Source: a virus. From it: a stretch of 64,000 nucleotides of DNA. The DNA lies in the IMG/VR virus record IMGVR_UViG_3300029319_000010, positions 50,214 to 114,213 of that record; one strand, 5' to 3'. Made by a program: the position numbers and the translations under genes. Under the pieces are notes generated by a model, which saw only the letters and a list, made by a program, of their open reading frames with translations, was not told where the DNA came from and did no database searches. Each line of letters begins with the position of its first letter. Position 1 is the stretch's first letter. Positions 18,478 to 28,770 of this stretch are shown here, piece after piece.

Positions 18478-19160
18478 TGGCACAATCTGTATTAGTTATA
18501 GCTGACTCCGGGTCAGGTAAATCTACATCTATCAGGGATTTAGATCCTAAAGAGACATTTATTATTAACATTGCAAATAAACCTTTACCATTTAAAGGAT
18601 GGAAGAAGAATTATACAGCAATTAGTAAAGATAATCCTAAAGGTAATATGACACCAGTGTCGTCTGCTGCAGGGATTATGAAAGCTATGATGCATGTTAA
18701 TGATAAGATGCCTCATATAAAGAATCTAGTAGTTGATGACTGGCAATATATGTCCAGCTTTGAGTACTTTGATAGAGCTGATGAGAAAGGTTATGATAAG
18801 TTTACCTCTATTGCAAAGAATCTTGCACAAGTTGCTAAGATGCCTAAAGATATGAGAGATGACTTATATATATTCTTCCTTACACACTCTGAAGAATCAA
18901 CAGATGTGAATGGACACAGAAAAGTAAAAGCAAAAACTGTAGGTAAAATGATAGATAATGCTTTAACTTTGGAAGGTCTATTCTCTATAGTCTTATTTGG
19001 CAAGGTTGTCAAAAATGAGGATGATAAGTTAAGTTATGTATTTGAAACAGTTAATAATGGAGAGAATACTTGTAAATCACCAGACGGTATGTTTGATGAT
19101 GCACGTATAGATAATTCATTACAAGTTGTTAAAGATGCAATTATTGAATATGAAAATTAA
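18477..19160 (+). CDS. AAA_24/Sak4-like ATPase (recombinase)
   Basis: ADSGSGKSTS, VVDD, FLTH, KTVGKMID, LEGLFSIVL, CKSP. Confidence 0.85.
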   Translation: MAQSVLVIADSGSGKSTSIRDLDPKETFIINIANKPLPFKGWKKNYTAISKDNPKGNMTPVSSAAGIMKAMMHVNDKMPHIKNLVVDDWQYMSSFEYFDRADEKGYDKFTSIAKNLAQVAKMPKDMRDDLYIFFLTHSEESTDVNGHRKVKAKTVGKMIDNALTLEGLFSIVLFGKVVKNEDDKLSYVFETVNNGENTCKSPDGMFDDARIDNSLQVVKDAIIEYEN

Positions 19161-19165
19161 TAAAT

Positions 19166-19861
19166 ATGAATGAAGTAAATAAGAAAGTTATGTTAAATAC
19201 TAAAGACATGTCTGCAGGAAGTGGACGAACAAAACCTGTATTAGATCCGGGTAATCACGTAGTTAAGATTAATTCTATTAGTCTAGATCAAACACCGTAT
19301 GATGCTGATTCATACAATATACATTTACATGTAGAGACTGCACCTATTGGTGGTGGCTTTGAAGGTTTCTTCAGAGACTATAATGATCAATCTAAAGGTA
19401 GATATGACGGTCAAATAGGTAGAGTAAGAATTAGTCCTTATCCTTTTAAAGATACTACATTACCAAGTGGTAGAGAAATTAGCAGAGATCAAGAGATCTT
19501 AAAGCATATGATTACTCTTGCTGAGACATTAGACATGAGAGATGGACTAGATTCTATTGAAGCAGAAACTATTGAAGATTTTATGACTGAGTGTGATAGA
19601 TTAATGGGTGGTTCTAAACTTATTAACATGTGTATAGGTGGTCGTGAGTGGGAAAACAAAGAAGGTTATATAAATAATGATCTTTACTTACCACGTATAT
19701 CTAAAGATGGTATTGCTATGGAAGCATTAGATAAAGAAAACTCTAGATTACTTAAGTTTGATCGTGCTGTGCATGTAAAAGCTTTAGTTAAGAAAGAGAG
19801 TTCTAATGATGAAACTCCATTTAAAGCAGATTCAGGGTCAGGTTCTGACTTTGAATTATAA
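19166..19861 (+). CDS. Putative SSB (Sak4 partner)
   Basis: Follows the Sak4-like gene; LDPGNHVVKI start; acidic tail ending SDFEL. Confidence 0.55.
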   Translation: MNEVNKKVMLNTKDMSAGSGRTKPVLDPGNHVVKINSISLDQTPYDADSYNIHLHVETAPIGGGFEGFFRDYNDQSKGRYDGQIGRVRISPYPFKDTTLPSGREISRDQEILKHMITLAETLDMRDGLDSIEAETIEDFMTECDRLMGGSKLINMCIGGREWENKEGYINNDLYLPRISKDGIAMEALDKENSRLLKFDRAVHVKALVKKESSNDETPFKADSGSGSDFEL

Positions 19862-19961
19862 TAGTTGCAGGTATTAATTTTAAACTTAGTAAGGAGTTTT
19901 ATTGACTGTCCTGCACCGGAGTGAATACCGCATAAAACAGTCAATAGAAATTTAGATTAAT

Positions 19962-19995
19962 ATATAGGGGCACTTACTTGTCCCTATATTTTTTA
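19962..19995 (+). terminator. Intrinsic terminator
   Basis: ATATAGGGGCA-CTTACT-TGTCCCTATAT-TTTTT. Confidence 0.7.
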
Positions 19996-20000
19996 GAATT

Positions 20001-20954
20001 ATGATAAGCACAAAGAATCTCATATTAGATGGATCTAAAGTTCCAAGTACATGGGTGTTTGAGTTCTATCTGGATCTACCAGAAAGACTGAATGGACAGA
20101 ATGTGCAGATTAAATCTGTATTTCATCCGTCAGAAAGAACTCCAAGCATGTGGATATTTGTGGACAAAGGTCAATATAAGTTTAAAGATTTTTCAACCGG
20201 TAAAGGTGGTAATAAAATTGATTTAGTTAAAGAGTTATTTAATATGGATTATTCTAAAGCTGTATTTAAAATAGGTCAAGATTATAATAAGTTTATTTCA
20301 GATAAAGGTGTATACACACAGTCTACATTAAAACCAGAAGCAAAGTATAAAGTTGACAGTATAATGACAAGAGATTGGAAAAGGCATGATGTAAAATTTT
20401 GGCTACAATTTAATATTGATGCAGCAATGTTAGATAAGTATAATGTAAAAGCACTTGAATATTATCATATGGTTAAAGGAGATAATAAGATAACTATTCA
20501 ACAACCTTATATATATGGTTACTTTAGTAAGAATGATGTTTATAAGATCTACCAACCAAGAAATAAGAAGTTTAAATTTATTAAAGTTAAACCTCAACTT
20601 CAAGGTTTAGATCAGTTAGAGTATAATCAACCTTATCTTATTATATGTTCTTCTTTGAAAGATGCAATGTGTTTAAAACAATTTGGGTATAACATTGAAG
20701 TTATTGCTCCTGACTCAGAGAATACTATAATAAAACCTTATATTATTGAAAATCTTAAGAAAAAGTATAAAAAAGTTGTAACTTTATTTGATAATGATGT
20801 TGCAGGACATAATGCAGTTCACAAGTACAGAGAGCTGTATAACATTTCTGGCACATGGTTATACAGTAGCAAAGACATTGCTGATCTTGTAAAAGAGAAA
20901 GGCTTTACTGATGCTCACAAAGAAATTAAAGTTAAACTTAAAAGTGTTTTATGA
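20001..20954 (+). CDS. DNA primase (TOPRIM)
   Basis: SVFHPSERTPSM, FKDFSTG, SSLKDAM, FDNDVAG, KDIAD. Confidence 0.85.
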   Translation: MISTKNLILDGSKVPSTWVFEFYLDLPERLNGQNVQIKSVFHPSERTPSMWIFVDKGQYKFKDFSTGKGGNKIDLVKELFNMDYSKAVFKIGQDYNKFISDKGVYTQSTLKPEAKYKVDSIMTRDWKRHDVKFWLQFNIDAAMLDKYNVKALEYYHMVKGDNKITIQQPYIYGYFSKNDVYKIYQPRNKKFKFIKVKPQLQGLDQLEYNQPYLIICSSLKDAMCLKQFGYNIEVIAPDSENTIIKPYIIENLKKKYKKVVTLFDNDVAGHNAVHKYRELYNISGTWLYSSKDIADLVKEKGFTDAHKEIKVKLKSVL

Positions 20955-21358
20955 AATGGTTTATACCAGGTAACGTACCAAGTAGTAAGAATGGACGTAG
21001 ATGGACAGGTAAATATTTTATATCTAGCAAAGCTACTGCAAAGTATAGAAAGGATACAAAACAATACTATGTTAAATTAAGAAAGAGTTTTACTGAAGAA
21101 CTCTCTAAATATAAGTTACCGGTTAAAATATCATTTAAATTCATCAGAGGTACCAAGCATAAGTTTGATTATATTAATCCTGCACAGACAGTGCAAGATG
21201 ATATGGTTAAAAACCATTGGATTGAAGATGATAATTGTAAATACATTATACCTGTATTTGAACCTTATGAATATGATAAGGAAAATCCTGGTGTAGAAAT
21301 TAAGTTAATAAAAGATGGAAACAAAACTAAAAAGAAACATAGCAGTTCAAGTGATTAA
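20951..21358 (+). CDS. RusA-like Holliday junction resolvase
   Basis: GNVPSSKN...FDYIN...VQDDM...IEDDN. Confidence 0.7.
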   Translation: MKWFIPGNVPSSKNGRRWTGKYFISSKATAKYRKDTKQYYVKLRKSFTEELSKYKLPVKISFKFIRGTKHKFDYINPAQTVQDDMVKNHWIEDDNCKYIIPVFEPYEYDKENPGVEIKLIKDGNKTKKKHSSSSD

Positions 21359-21692
21359 AGATCACAATATAGCAAAAATAGAAGTAGATTATAGTGGTGG
21401 TGGTGATGATGGATGTATAGATGACGTTAGATATGAAGACATTGATGAAAATAAGATTGATATTCTCATGGAACCTGATGTATCAGCAGAATGGGATGAT
21501 TTAATATATGATATGTTAAGTCACCACATAGAGTGGGATTGGATTAATAATGAGGGAGGATATGGTCAAATGATGATTGATTGTACAAAAACTCCTTGGA
21601 AAGTTAATATTAATCATTCACAACGTGTTTTAGAAGATCATTACTATGATGATATAGATTTTGATACTGATAAAAAACAACATTTCTTTTAA
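21315..21692 (+). CDS. DUF6878-like acidic protein
   Basis: VDYSGGGDDGCID...DWINNEGGYG. Confidence 0.6.
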   Translation: METKLKRNIAVQVIKDHNIAKIEVDYSGGGDDGCIDDVRYEDIDENKIDILMEPDVSAEWDDLIYDMLSHHIEWDWINNEGGYGQMMIDCTKTPWKVNINHSQRVLEDHYYDDIDFDTDKKQHFF

Positions 21693-22039
21693 TGGCACAT
21701 CCAAATATTCATGCCAAGTCTTCTGTAAAGAAGTTTGGTGGGTGTCCTGATGATTACATACATATACATAACTGGTTAGATGCAACAAAAAGTTGGGTGG
21801 GCAATCACTTACACAGAATGTTTCGTCATCACAGTGAAGGTATATTTGAATGTGAAAGAAAATTTGGACCAGTATTCACAAATTCAGATGGTAAACCTGT
21901 TTATACAAGATATGTTGCAGAGCAGCATGTAAGAGAGGATTGTAATAATTACATTCCCTCTGCAAAAGAATGGTTGGACAATATTCACAAGAAAAAGCTA
22001 CCCTTGTGGATGATTAAAACAATGAAAATCAATGATTAG
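21692..22039 (+). CDS. DUF6915-like His-rich protein
   Basis: HPNIHAKSSVKKFGG...IHNWLD...HRMFRHH...AEQHVRED. Confidence 0.65.
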   Translation: MAHPNIHAKSSVKKFGGCPDDYIHIHNWLDATKSWVGNHLHRMFRHHSEGIFECERKFGPVFTNSDGKPVYTRYVAEQHVREDCNNYIPSAKEWLDNIHKKKLPLWMIKTMKIND

Positions 22040-22454
22040 TTTAGAAGAATATAAAAAATTAAGAGAACTTCTCCATGGATCTGATGAAGATTATGAGGTT
22101 GCATGTGAGAATATAAAGAACATAAAAGAAATAACATCTGTTACAAAAATGTTATTTGCTAAATCTTTGGCGTTTGGTAGAAGACAAGCTTTTTGTGAAA
22201 AGTTTAAGATAGACTACCATGGTATTAAAGAATGGAATAAAATGTTTAAAGATCTTAATAATACTTTAGGTATAAGAACTGAACAAGAGATTATAGAGTT
22301 TGAAGTACATAAACAAATGCTTCCTGTCTTTACAAGTACTTGGAGTTTTATTAAAGATGTTAAGATTAAACTTGATTGGGAGCATGAGCTACCAATTGAA
22401 CCAGTTAGTAAAGAGGATCAACGTGAAATAGATAAAATAGTAAATAATTTATAA
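22032..22454 (+). CDS. Hypothetical protein
   Basis: ORF track; N-terminal helical motif resembles segments of the 24886 and 25941 ORFs. Confidence 0.7.
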   Translation: MISLEEYKKLRELLHGSDEDYEVACENIKNIKEITSVTKMLFAKSLAFGRRQAFCEKFKIDYHGIKEWNKMFKDLNNTLGIRTEQEIIEFEVHKQMLPVFTSTWSFIKDVKIKLDWEHELPIEPVSKEDQREIDKIVNNL

Positions 22455-23620
22455 TGGACATACAAGATAAACTAGCAAGAGCTTGTAAGTCACTAATATT
22501 AAGAGAGCCCTTTTATGGGCTCTTTCTTATTGGGCTTAACAAGAAAATAAGAAAGGACGTCCCAACAGCGGGTGTCAGTAAAAATGGTATAGGTATACAA
22601 CTATCTATCAACCCTGATTTCTTTATGGGATTACCAGATGAACACCAGATAGGTCTACTTAAACATGAACTACTGCACGTTTCATTTGGACATCTTATGA
22701 TGAGAGACTCTTATCCTAACAAGAAGTTATTTAATATTGCTGCAGATCTTGAGATCAATCAGTATATAGATAGTAACATGCTTCCTGAAGGTGGTTTGAC
22801 TCTAGATAGTTTTGCTGAACTAAAGCTACCAAAGAAAGCTGGTACTAAAAAGTATTATGATTTATTGGAACAAGAGTGCAAGGATAATCCTTGTCAGTCA
22901 CTACAATCTATATTAGATCAGATGGATGGTGATAGTCAGTATGATCATAAGACATGGGAAGAGTTTGAAGATCTTACAGAAGCAGAGAAGAAGCTAGTTG
23001 AAAAACAAATTGAACATCAACTAAAAGAAACTGCAGAACAAACTGAAAAGAGAAGAGGAACTATTCCCGGTGAGTTAGCTGAATTAATTAAAAAGCTAAG
23101 AACCATACATCCTCCATCATTTGATTGGAAAGGTTATTTAAAAAGATTTGTGGGTAACTCCGTGTTTACTTTCACAAAGAAGTTGAGAAGAAAATTCAAC
23201 AAAAGGTATACAGATAATCCAGGTCTTAAGATTAAACACAAGAATCATATATTGATTGGTGTTGATACTTCTGCATCTGTTAACACGAAGGAACTAGAAC
23301 ACTTTATGAGTGAGATGGTTCATGTACAAAAGACGGGACATCAGATAACTGTAGCACAATGTGACACAGGTATTAGTGATATATCCCCCTTTAATAGTAA
23401 AAAGGATTGGCAAATAAAAGGTAGAGGAGGTACATGCTTCCAACCGGTTATTGACCACTTCAATGAAATGAGAGGTAGATATACTGCCCTTATATATTTA
23501 ACAGATGGTGAAGCACCTGCTCCAGAGAACTGTCCAAAGAACACATTATGGGTTCTTAGTGCAAGATCTCAGTGGACAGATCATTTACCAGGGAAAACAA
23601 TACAATTAAACACGCATTAG
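22454..23620 (+). CDS. Metallopeptidase (DUF2201-like) fused to a vWA domain
   Basis: HELLH, NIAADLEIN, MIDAS-like VDTSAS, GRGGT, LTDG. Confidence 0.88.
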   Translation: MDIQDKLARACKSLILREPFYGLFLIGLNKKIRKDVPTAGVSKNGIGIQLSINPDFFMGLPDEHQIGLLKHELLHVSFGHLMMRDSYPNKKLFNIAADLEINQYIDSNMLPEGGLTLDSFAELKLPKKAGTKKYYDLLEQECKDNPCQSLQSILDQMDGDSQYDHKTWEEFEDLTEAEKKLVEKQIEHQLKETAEQTEKRRGTIPGELAELIKKLRTIHPPSFDWKGYLKRFVGNSVFTFTKKLRRKFNKRYTDNPGLKIKHKNHILIGVDTSASVNTKELEHFMSEMVHVQKTGHQITVAQCDTGISDISPFNSKKDWQIKGRGGTCFQPVIDHFNEMRGRYTALIYLTDGEAPAPENCPKNTLWVLSARSQWTDHLPGKTIQLNTH

Positions 23621-23621
23621 A

Positions 23622-24884
23622 ATGGCACAAGTAAATTTAAATATTGATGAATTAAAAGGTTTTGTAAACCATATAATAAAGAATAATAGATTCTTACAAG
23701 AGCAAGGGAAGAACCCGGTTGCTGTAGAAGTAGTTGGTGAATCAGGTATTGGTAAGACATCTGCTGTACTAGATCTAGCTAAAGAAAATGATTTAGATTT
23801 TGTTAAGCTTAATCTTGCACAGATAGAAGAATTAGGTGACTTAGTTGGTTTTCCTGTTAGACAATTTCAAATGTATAGAGAGAAGCAAGTATCTAAGAAG
23901 ATTGATGATCTTCAGTATACAGTAGCTCAGAAAGCTGCAGCATCTGCACAAGTTGCAGACTCTACCATGACTAAGAAGATTGGTCAATGGGTTGATGAAC
24001 TTGCAGTTGAAGAGTATCTTAGAAAAGGATGGAAGATGACCGGTAAAAATAGAATGTCTTACTGTGCACCAGAGTGGATTGCTGATAAGAAGAAAGGTGG
24101 TATCCTGCTTCTTGATGATTGGAACCGTGCAGATGTTAGATTTATTCAGGCTGTAATGGAGTTGGTTGACAGACAGCAGTATATATCATGGTCTTTACCG
24201 GCTGATTGGCATATTATACTAACTAGTAATCCAGATAATGGTGACTACATGGTTAATAGTATTGACTCAGCACAAAAGACTAGATATATTACTGCTAACC
24301 TGAAGTTTGATGCAAATGTTTGGGCAAGATGGGCTGAAGAGCAGCACATAGACACACGTTGTATTAACTTCCTGTTACTACATCCTGAGTTAGTAAATAA
24401 AGAAACTAATGCAAGATCCATCACAGCATTCTTTAACTCTATTTCAAGTTTTGAAAAGTTTGAAGATGACTTAAGTATGATCCAAATGATTGGTGAAGGT
24501 TCTGTTGGGGACACATTTGCTTCTATGTTTACTACGTTTATTAACAACAAGCTGGATAAGCTGGTCACACCTAAAGATATGTTAACACATGATAACCAAG
24601 ATTGGGTTATTGGAGAATTAAATAGTGTTCTAGGAAAAGGTGACACATATAGAGCAGATATTGCATCTACTCTTGCAACAAGGTTGGCTAATTATTCAGT
24701 TGTTTATGCTAATGAAAATACTGTAACACCAAAGATCAATGAAAGATTGATAGCATTATGTACTAAAGATGTATTTGCTAATGATTTGAAGTATCTTATT
24801 GTTAGAACTATTTTCAACGGTAATAAAACTAAGTTTAACAAAATGATGATGAATCCAGAAATCATCAAAATGACAATGAAATAA
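23622..24884 (+). CDS. MoxR-like AAA+ ATPase
   Basis: GESGIGKT, LLLDDWNRA, TSNP, DSAQKTR. Confidence 0.88.
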   Translation: MAQVNLNIDELKGFVNHIIKNNRFLQEQGKNPVAVEVVGESGIGKTSAVLDLAKENDLDFVKLNLAQIEELGDLVGFPVRQFQMYREKQVSKKIDDLQYTVAQKAAASAQVADSTMTKKIGQWVDELAVEEYLRKGWKMTGKNRMSYCAPEWIADKKKGGILLLDDWNRADVRFIQAVMELVDRQQYISWSLPADWHIILTSNPDNGDYMVNSIDSAQKTRYITANLKFDANVWARWAEEQHIDTRCINFLLLHPELVNKETNARSITAFFNSISSFEKFEDDLSMIQMIGEGSVGDTFASMFTTFINNKLDKLVTPKDMLTHDNQDWVIGELNSVLGKGDTYRADIASTLATRLANYSVVYANENTVTPKINERLIALCTKDVFANDLKYLIVRTIFNGNKTKFNKMMMNPEIIKMTMK

Positions 24885-24885
24885 G

Positions 24886-25944
24886 ATGGCAAAAGTTTAT
24901 AATTGTACTTTCAGTGCTATAAAGGAACAGTTAGAAGACTTTGGTTTAGATGGGCAGCCTGTATATCAGGTTGCTCTATCTAGGCAAAGTTGGGATATGG
25001 GTCAAGCTATATTCTGTAACCTTAATAACACTTATAAAGTATTTCAAAACATGTTTGATCGTGAGATAGATGTAGTAGATCTAACTCAATATAAGAAAGC
25101 TTTTATACTTCCAGGATGTCCGGTTTCATTACCTAGAATGAAGGAAGCATTAAGAGAGCATAAGATTACTGTAACAAATGATTTTAATAAAGCTGATTGT
25201 TTTATAACTCATGATGAATATGGTCAATATCATTGTGATGGTGAGTCAATTAGAATTAATAGTATGCTATTCAAAGCTATGAACTATGAAGCTATGGATA
25301 TTAGTACAAGTATAGATTTAGCTAATAATCAAGGTGAACCAAATGTTGATGCTAATATTCCAATTGTATTTGATAGTAAGATGGCTGAGACATATAGCAG
25401 AAGTAGTATTGACTATGATGCAGATTTATATGAGTCTTATGTATTTACTCCTTTAGCTGTTCAGATTGCTTATAGAATTAGACATGAACAAATACCTGTT
25501 ATATATGCTGGTACATGTTTAAATGAATCAGCAAACAAAACGGTTCTTGATAATCAATTAATGGATGATATGATTAGAATGATTAAGGATGGTAGTTCTG
25601 AAGAGCGTGAGCTTGTTAAGAAAATGGTTCCTGCTATTGACTATAGAAAGAAGAAACACCTTCTATGGAATATGGCAAGAGAAGTTAGTGGTTATATGTA
25701 TATGTTTAATAGAGATAAAGACATGAACTATTGGATAGATAAATCTAACTTTACTAAATATTCACGTGCAACTGCTGAAGATATGATTAAGTATCTTGAA
25801 GAAGAAGAATACCTTGATTCAGAATCATTTAGATATCTTGAACCTATTGTTCGTAAAGAGATTGTTATTAGTAATAGAGACTTATATACATTTAAGGTAC
25901 AAGTTAAAGAAGAGTATAGAAAATATTTAAAACCAAAGATATGA
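24886..25944 (+). CDS. Hypothetical protein, probable paralog of the next gene
   Basis: ORF track; shared segments (see findings). Confidence 0.7.
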   Translation: MAKVYNCTFSAIKEQLEDFGLDGQPVYQVALSRQSWDMGQAIFCNLNNTYKVFQNMFDREIDVVDLTQYKKAFILPGCPVSLPRMKEALREHKITVTNDFNKADCFITHDEYGQYHCDGESIRINSMLFKAMNYEAMDISTSIDLANNQGEPNVDANIPIVFDSKMAETYSRSSIDYDADLYESYVFTPLAVQIAYRIRHEQIPVIYAGTCLNESANKTVLDNQLMDDMIRMIKDGSSEERELVKKMVPAIDYRKKKHLLWNMAREVSGYMYMFNRDKDMNYWIDKSNFTKYSRATAEDMIKYLEEEEYLDSESFRYLEPIVRKEIVISNRDLYTFKVQVKEEYRKYLKPKI

Positions 25945-27200
25945 CAGATTTAAAACAATTATGGTTAATTGATATTGACCCAAATAAAATGGACACAGTA
26001 AATAATACTTTAGTAATGCAAAGTGGTTGTCTTAAAGTAAAACAATTGGGTCATTATATAGAATCAGCTAAGAATAGTGGTGGGTATAGAAAGAGTTCTA
26101 ATACAAAGATTAAAGAGATAATGAATGATATTGGAACTATTACATCTGATGATCTTAAAAATGCTAATTCATTATATAGATTTCCTAGACTTAGTTTATC
26201 AAGAGATAAAGTAAAGGTACTACAAGAAAAGTTTGATCTTAAGTTGAAAAGAGATTTTCACCAGGCAGACTATGGTATTGTATCTGAGAAGTATTTTGAT
26301 GGATTATTTGTTACTAGATGGCTTGCTAAAGCAGATGTTGCAGATGTACTTTCTTGGGCACAAACTTATCAAGATTGTTTTGAAGAGGATCTTTTTGATG
26401 AAATTGTAAATGATTTAAACAAGATACCTGCAGATGCTTATATTGTATTTGAGTCAGAATGGTTTAGTTCATATTACCACGATGGTGCTAGTAATATTGA
26501 TAGATATTCTAAGATGGCTGAAAAAGCAAGAAACATAGGTAGAAATACTCAATATCATTATTACATTGAATCATTAGATCAGTGGAATGATATACAAGCT
26601 AATATGTCTAAACTTGTTTGGGACAGCAATATGAATGATCTTGCTACAGAAGACTCTGAAGTATTAACAGAAGAGATGTATATACAACTTAAAACTATGC
26701 TTGGTTGGGAAAAGACTGAAAGTGGTTGTGGTTGGCAAGGTACTAGAGACAAAGAGAATATGAATCTAGCTTTGAGCATTATTGCTAATTGTAATATTCA
26801 AAAGTCTCATACATATATAGCTTTATTATTTTCATTCTTAAGTGACTCTATGAAAGATTCATCTGTTTGGAATACTGTTAACTTTAAATCTGTAAGAAAG
26901 AAGTTTGATAAGTATATACAAATGAATGGTTGGAACTGGTGTCATAGTTATAATTATTTAATTGAATATTTAATTAAAGATAATGCATTAACTGAATACG
27001 CTTGGAAAGAAATTGCTCAGAAGATGTATGATGATGTATTGTCATCTCAGATGGGTGTTGATAGTAAAAATCATTTTAGTATTAGTCCTGATAGTATTCA
27101 ATTAAAACCGGAACTTAAAGAAAAGGTTATACCAAGTCAAGAAGAACTTCAGTATATGGAAGATCTTGTTGATATGCACACTGAATCACATAGATTATGA
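25941..27200 (+). CDS. Hypothetical protein, probable paralog of the previous gene
   Basis: ORF track. Confidence 0.7.
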   Translation: MTDLKQLWLIDIDPNKMDTVNNTLVMQSGCLKVKQLGHYIESAKNSGGYRKSSNTKIKEIMNDIGTITSDDLKNANSLYRFPRLSLSRDKVKVLQEKFDLKLKRDFHQADYGIVSEKYFDGLFVTRWLAKADVADVLSWAQTYQDCFEEDLFDEIVNDLNKIPADAYIVFESEWFSSYYHDGASNIDRYSKMAEKARNIGRNTQYHYYIESLDQWNDIQANMSKLVWDSNMNDLATEDSEVLTEEMYIQLKTMLGWEKTESGCGWQGTRDKENMNLALSIIANCNIQKSHTYIALLFSFLSDSMKDSSVWNTVNFKSVRKKFDKYIQMNGWNWCHSYNYLIEYLIKDNALTEYAWKEIAQKMYDDVLSSQMGVDSKNHFSISPDSIQLKPELKEKVIPSQEELQYMEDLVDMHTESHRL

Positions 27201-28183
27201 TAGATAAAATTAAAGAAGATCTGTTTTACAAGGGAGAGTTTAGCTTTAGCTACTCTTCCTTAAACAGGTTATTGTTTTCACCCAAACTCTTTTATAGAGA
27301 TTATATTCTTAAAGAAAGGGAACTTAAGATGGAAAAACATCTTATTGAAGGTAGGTTAGTACACTTACTTCTTCTTGAGCCAGACCGGTTTGATGAAGAG
27401 TTTAAAGTAGTGCCTACTAGAATTCCTTCAGACTCTCTTCGTAAAGTATTGTATGATATTAGTCAACACACTGATCTTACAGAACTTAGTATTATAGATG
27501 ACAAAATAATATTGCAATCACTTAAAAATGTTGGTCTATACCAATCGTTGAAAGATGAATCTAAACGTATTGCTAAAGTACGCACTATAGAATGTGAAGA
27601 TTATTATGGTTTCAAGACAAACTCAAAAGGTTTAGAAGTTATTGATAATGACATGTTAACCAGAGCAACAGAAAGAGTTGATATAATAAAGTCTAACAAA
27701 GATGTTATGGCTTTACTTATGGAACAAGGTACTGATTGGGATTTAGATCATATTCAAGTATATAATGAGAAGAAATTAAACTGTGATTTAAATAATTACA
27801 AGTTTGGTTTAAAAGGTATTATAGATAAGTATATAATTGATGATGAATCAAAGACAATAACTATTGTAGATCTTAAAACTACTGCAAAACCATTAGAAAA
27901 CTTTGCAGAAACTGTAGATTTTTACAATTATTGGCTTCAAGCAGCTATATATTCATTGCTTGTTATTAAAAATGTTGATGAAAGACAACAGGATTATAAA
28001 ATTATTTTTAAATTTGTAGCTATAGATAAGTATGATCAAGTCTATACATTTCCTGTATCAGAGTCAACACTACTAAGATGGATGAATGAATTAAATAGAG
28101 CATTAAAACTAGCAAATTATCATTACAGTGAAAGAAGATATGACTTACCATATGAATTTGCAAACGGTAATGTAATACTATGA
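27197..28183 (+). CDS. PD-(D/E)XK exonuclease (RecE/ExoVIII-like)
   Basis: FSYSSL, GRLVHLLLLEP, KGIIDK, IVDLKTT, YWLQAAIY. Confidence 0.85.
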   Translation: MIDKIKEDLFYKGEFSFSYSSLNRLLFSPKLFYRDYILKERELKMEKHLIEGRLVHLLLLEPDRFDEEFKVVPTRIPSDSLRKVLYDISQHTDLTELSIIDDKIILQSLKNVGLYQSLKDESKRIAKVRTIECEDYYGFKTNSKGLEVIDNDMLTRATERVDIIKSNKDVMALLMEQGTDWDLDHIQVYNEKKLNCDLNNYKFGLKGIIDKYIIDDESKTITIVDLKTTAKPLENFAETVDFYNYWLQAAIYSLLVIKNVDERQQDYKIIFKFVAIDKYDQVYTFPVSESTLLRWMNELNRALKLANYHYSERRYDLPYEFANGNVIL

Positions 28184-28734
28184 AGAAAATTTATGAATCT
28201 TATTTTCAAAAGAGCAAGGTGTTTTTATACCCCTTGCTCAATATACCTAAAGGTGTTAGATTTGTACCCAGTCAAACATATTTAACTTGGGAGGATCAGT
28301 TTGATCTATCTAGATATAAACTAATAGCACTTTATAAAATTAATCCTGACTGTAAAGACTTTCAACCATTTCATAAAGAAACATTAAAAGCTAATCCTTT
28401 TTATGAATATTATGAAAAAATAGATAAAGAATCTCATATATATGTATTTAGCATAGCTAGCTATAAAAATGATATAAATAAATTTATTAAAGGTCAGTAT
28501 TCAAAAATGACAAAAAAAACTAAAAAAATAATTACTAAGTTTTTTGGAGCTTCTGGCACTATATCAGAATATATTGAAAGTTATCTTTATCCTGAAAAAT
28601 ATTTTGAAATTTATTCAGATATACTTAATGTACCTGTAGAAGATTTAGAAAATGTAGGAGAGCTTTGTGATAAACCAGATTTAGAAAGAGAAACATTTAA
28701 AAATATTTTGGTTGCACTAAGTTTATTTAAATAA
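28180..28734 (+). CDS. Hypothetical protein
   Basis: ORF track. Confidence 0.75.
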   Translation: MKKIYESYFQKSKVFLYPLLNIPKGVRFVPSQTYLTWEDQFDLSRYKLIALYKINPDCKDFQPFHKETLKANPFYEYYEKIDKESHIYVFSIASYKNDINKFIKGQYSKMTKKTKKIITKFFGASGTISEYIESYLYPEKYFEIYSDILNVPVEDLENVGELCDKPDLERETFKNILVALSLFK

Positions 28735-28740
28735 TTTATA

Positions 28741-28748
28741 TATATTTG
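28741..28748 (+). promoter_or_regulatory. TAnnTTTG promoter element
   Basis: TATATTTG 22 nt before ATG 28771. Confidence 0.65.
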
Positions 28749-28770
28749 TAAAAACTAAAAATCAATAACT

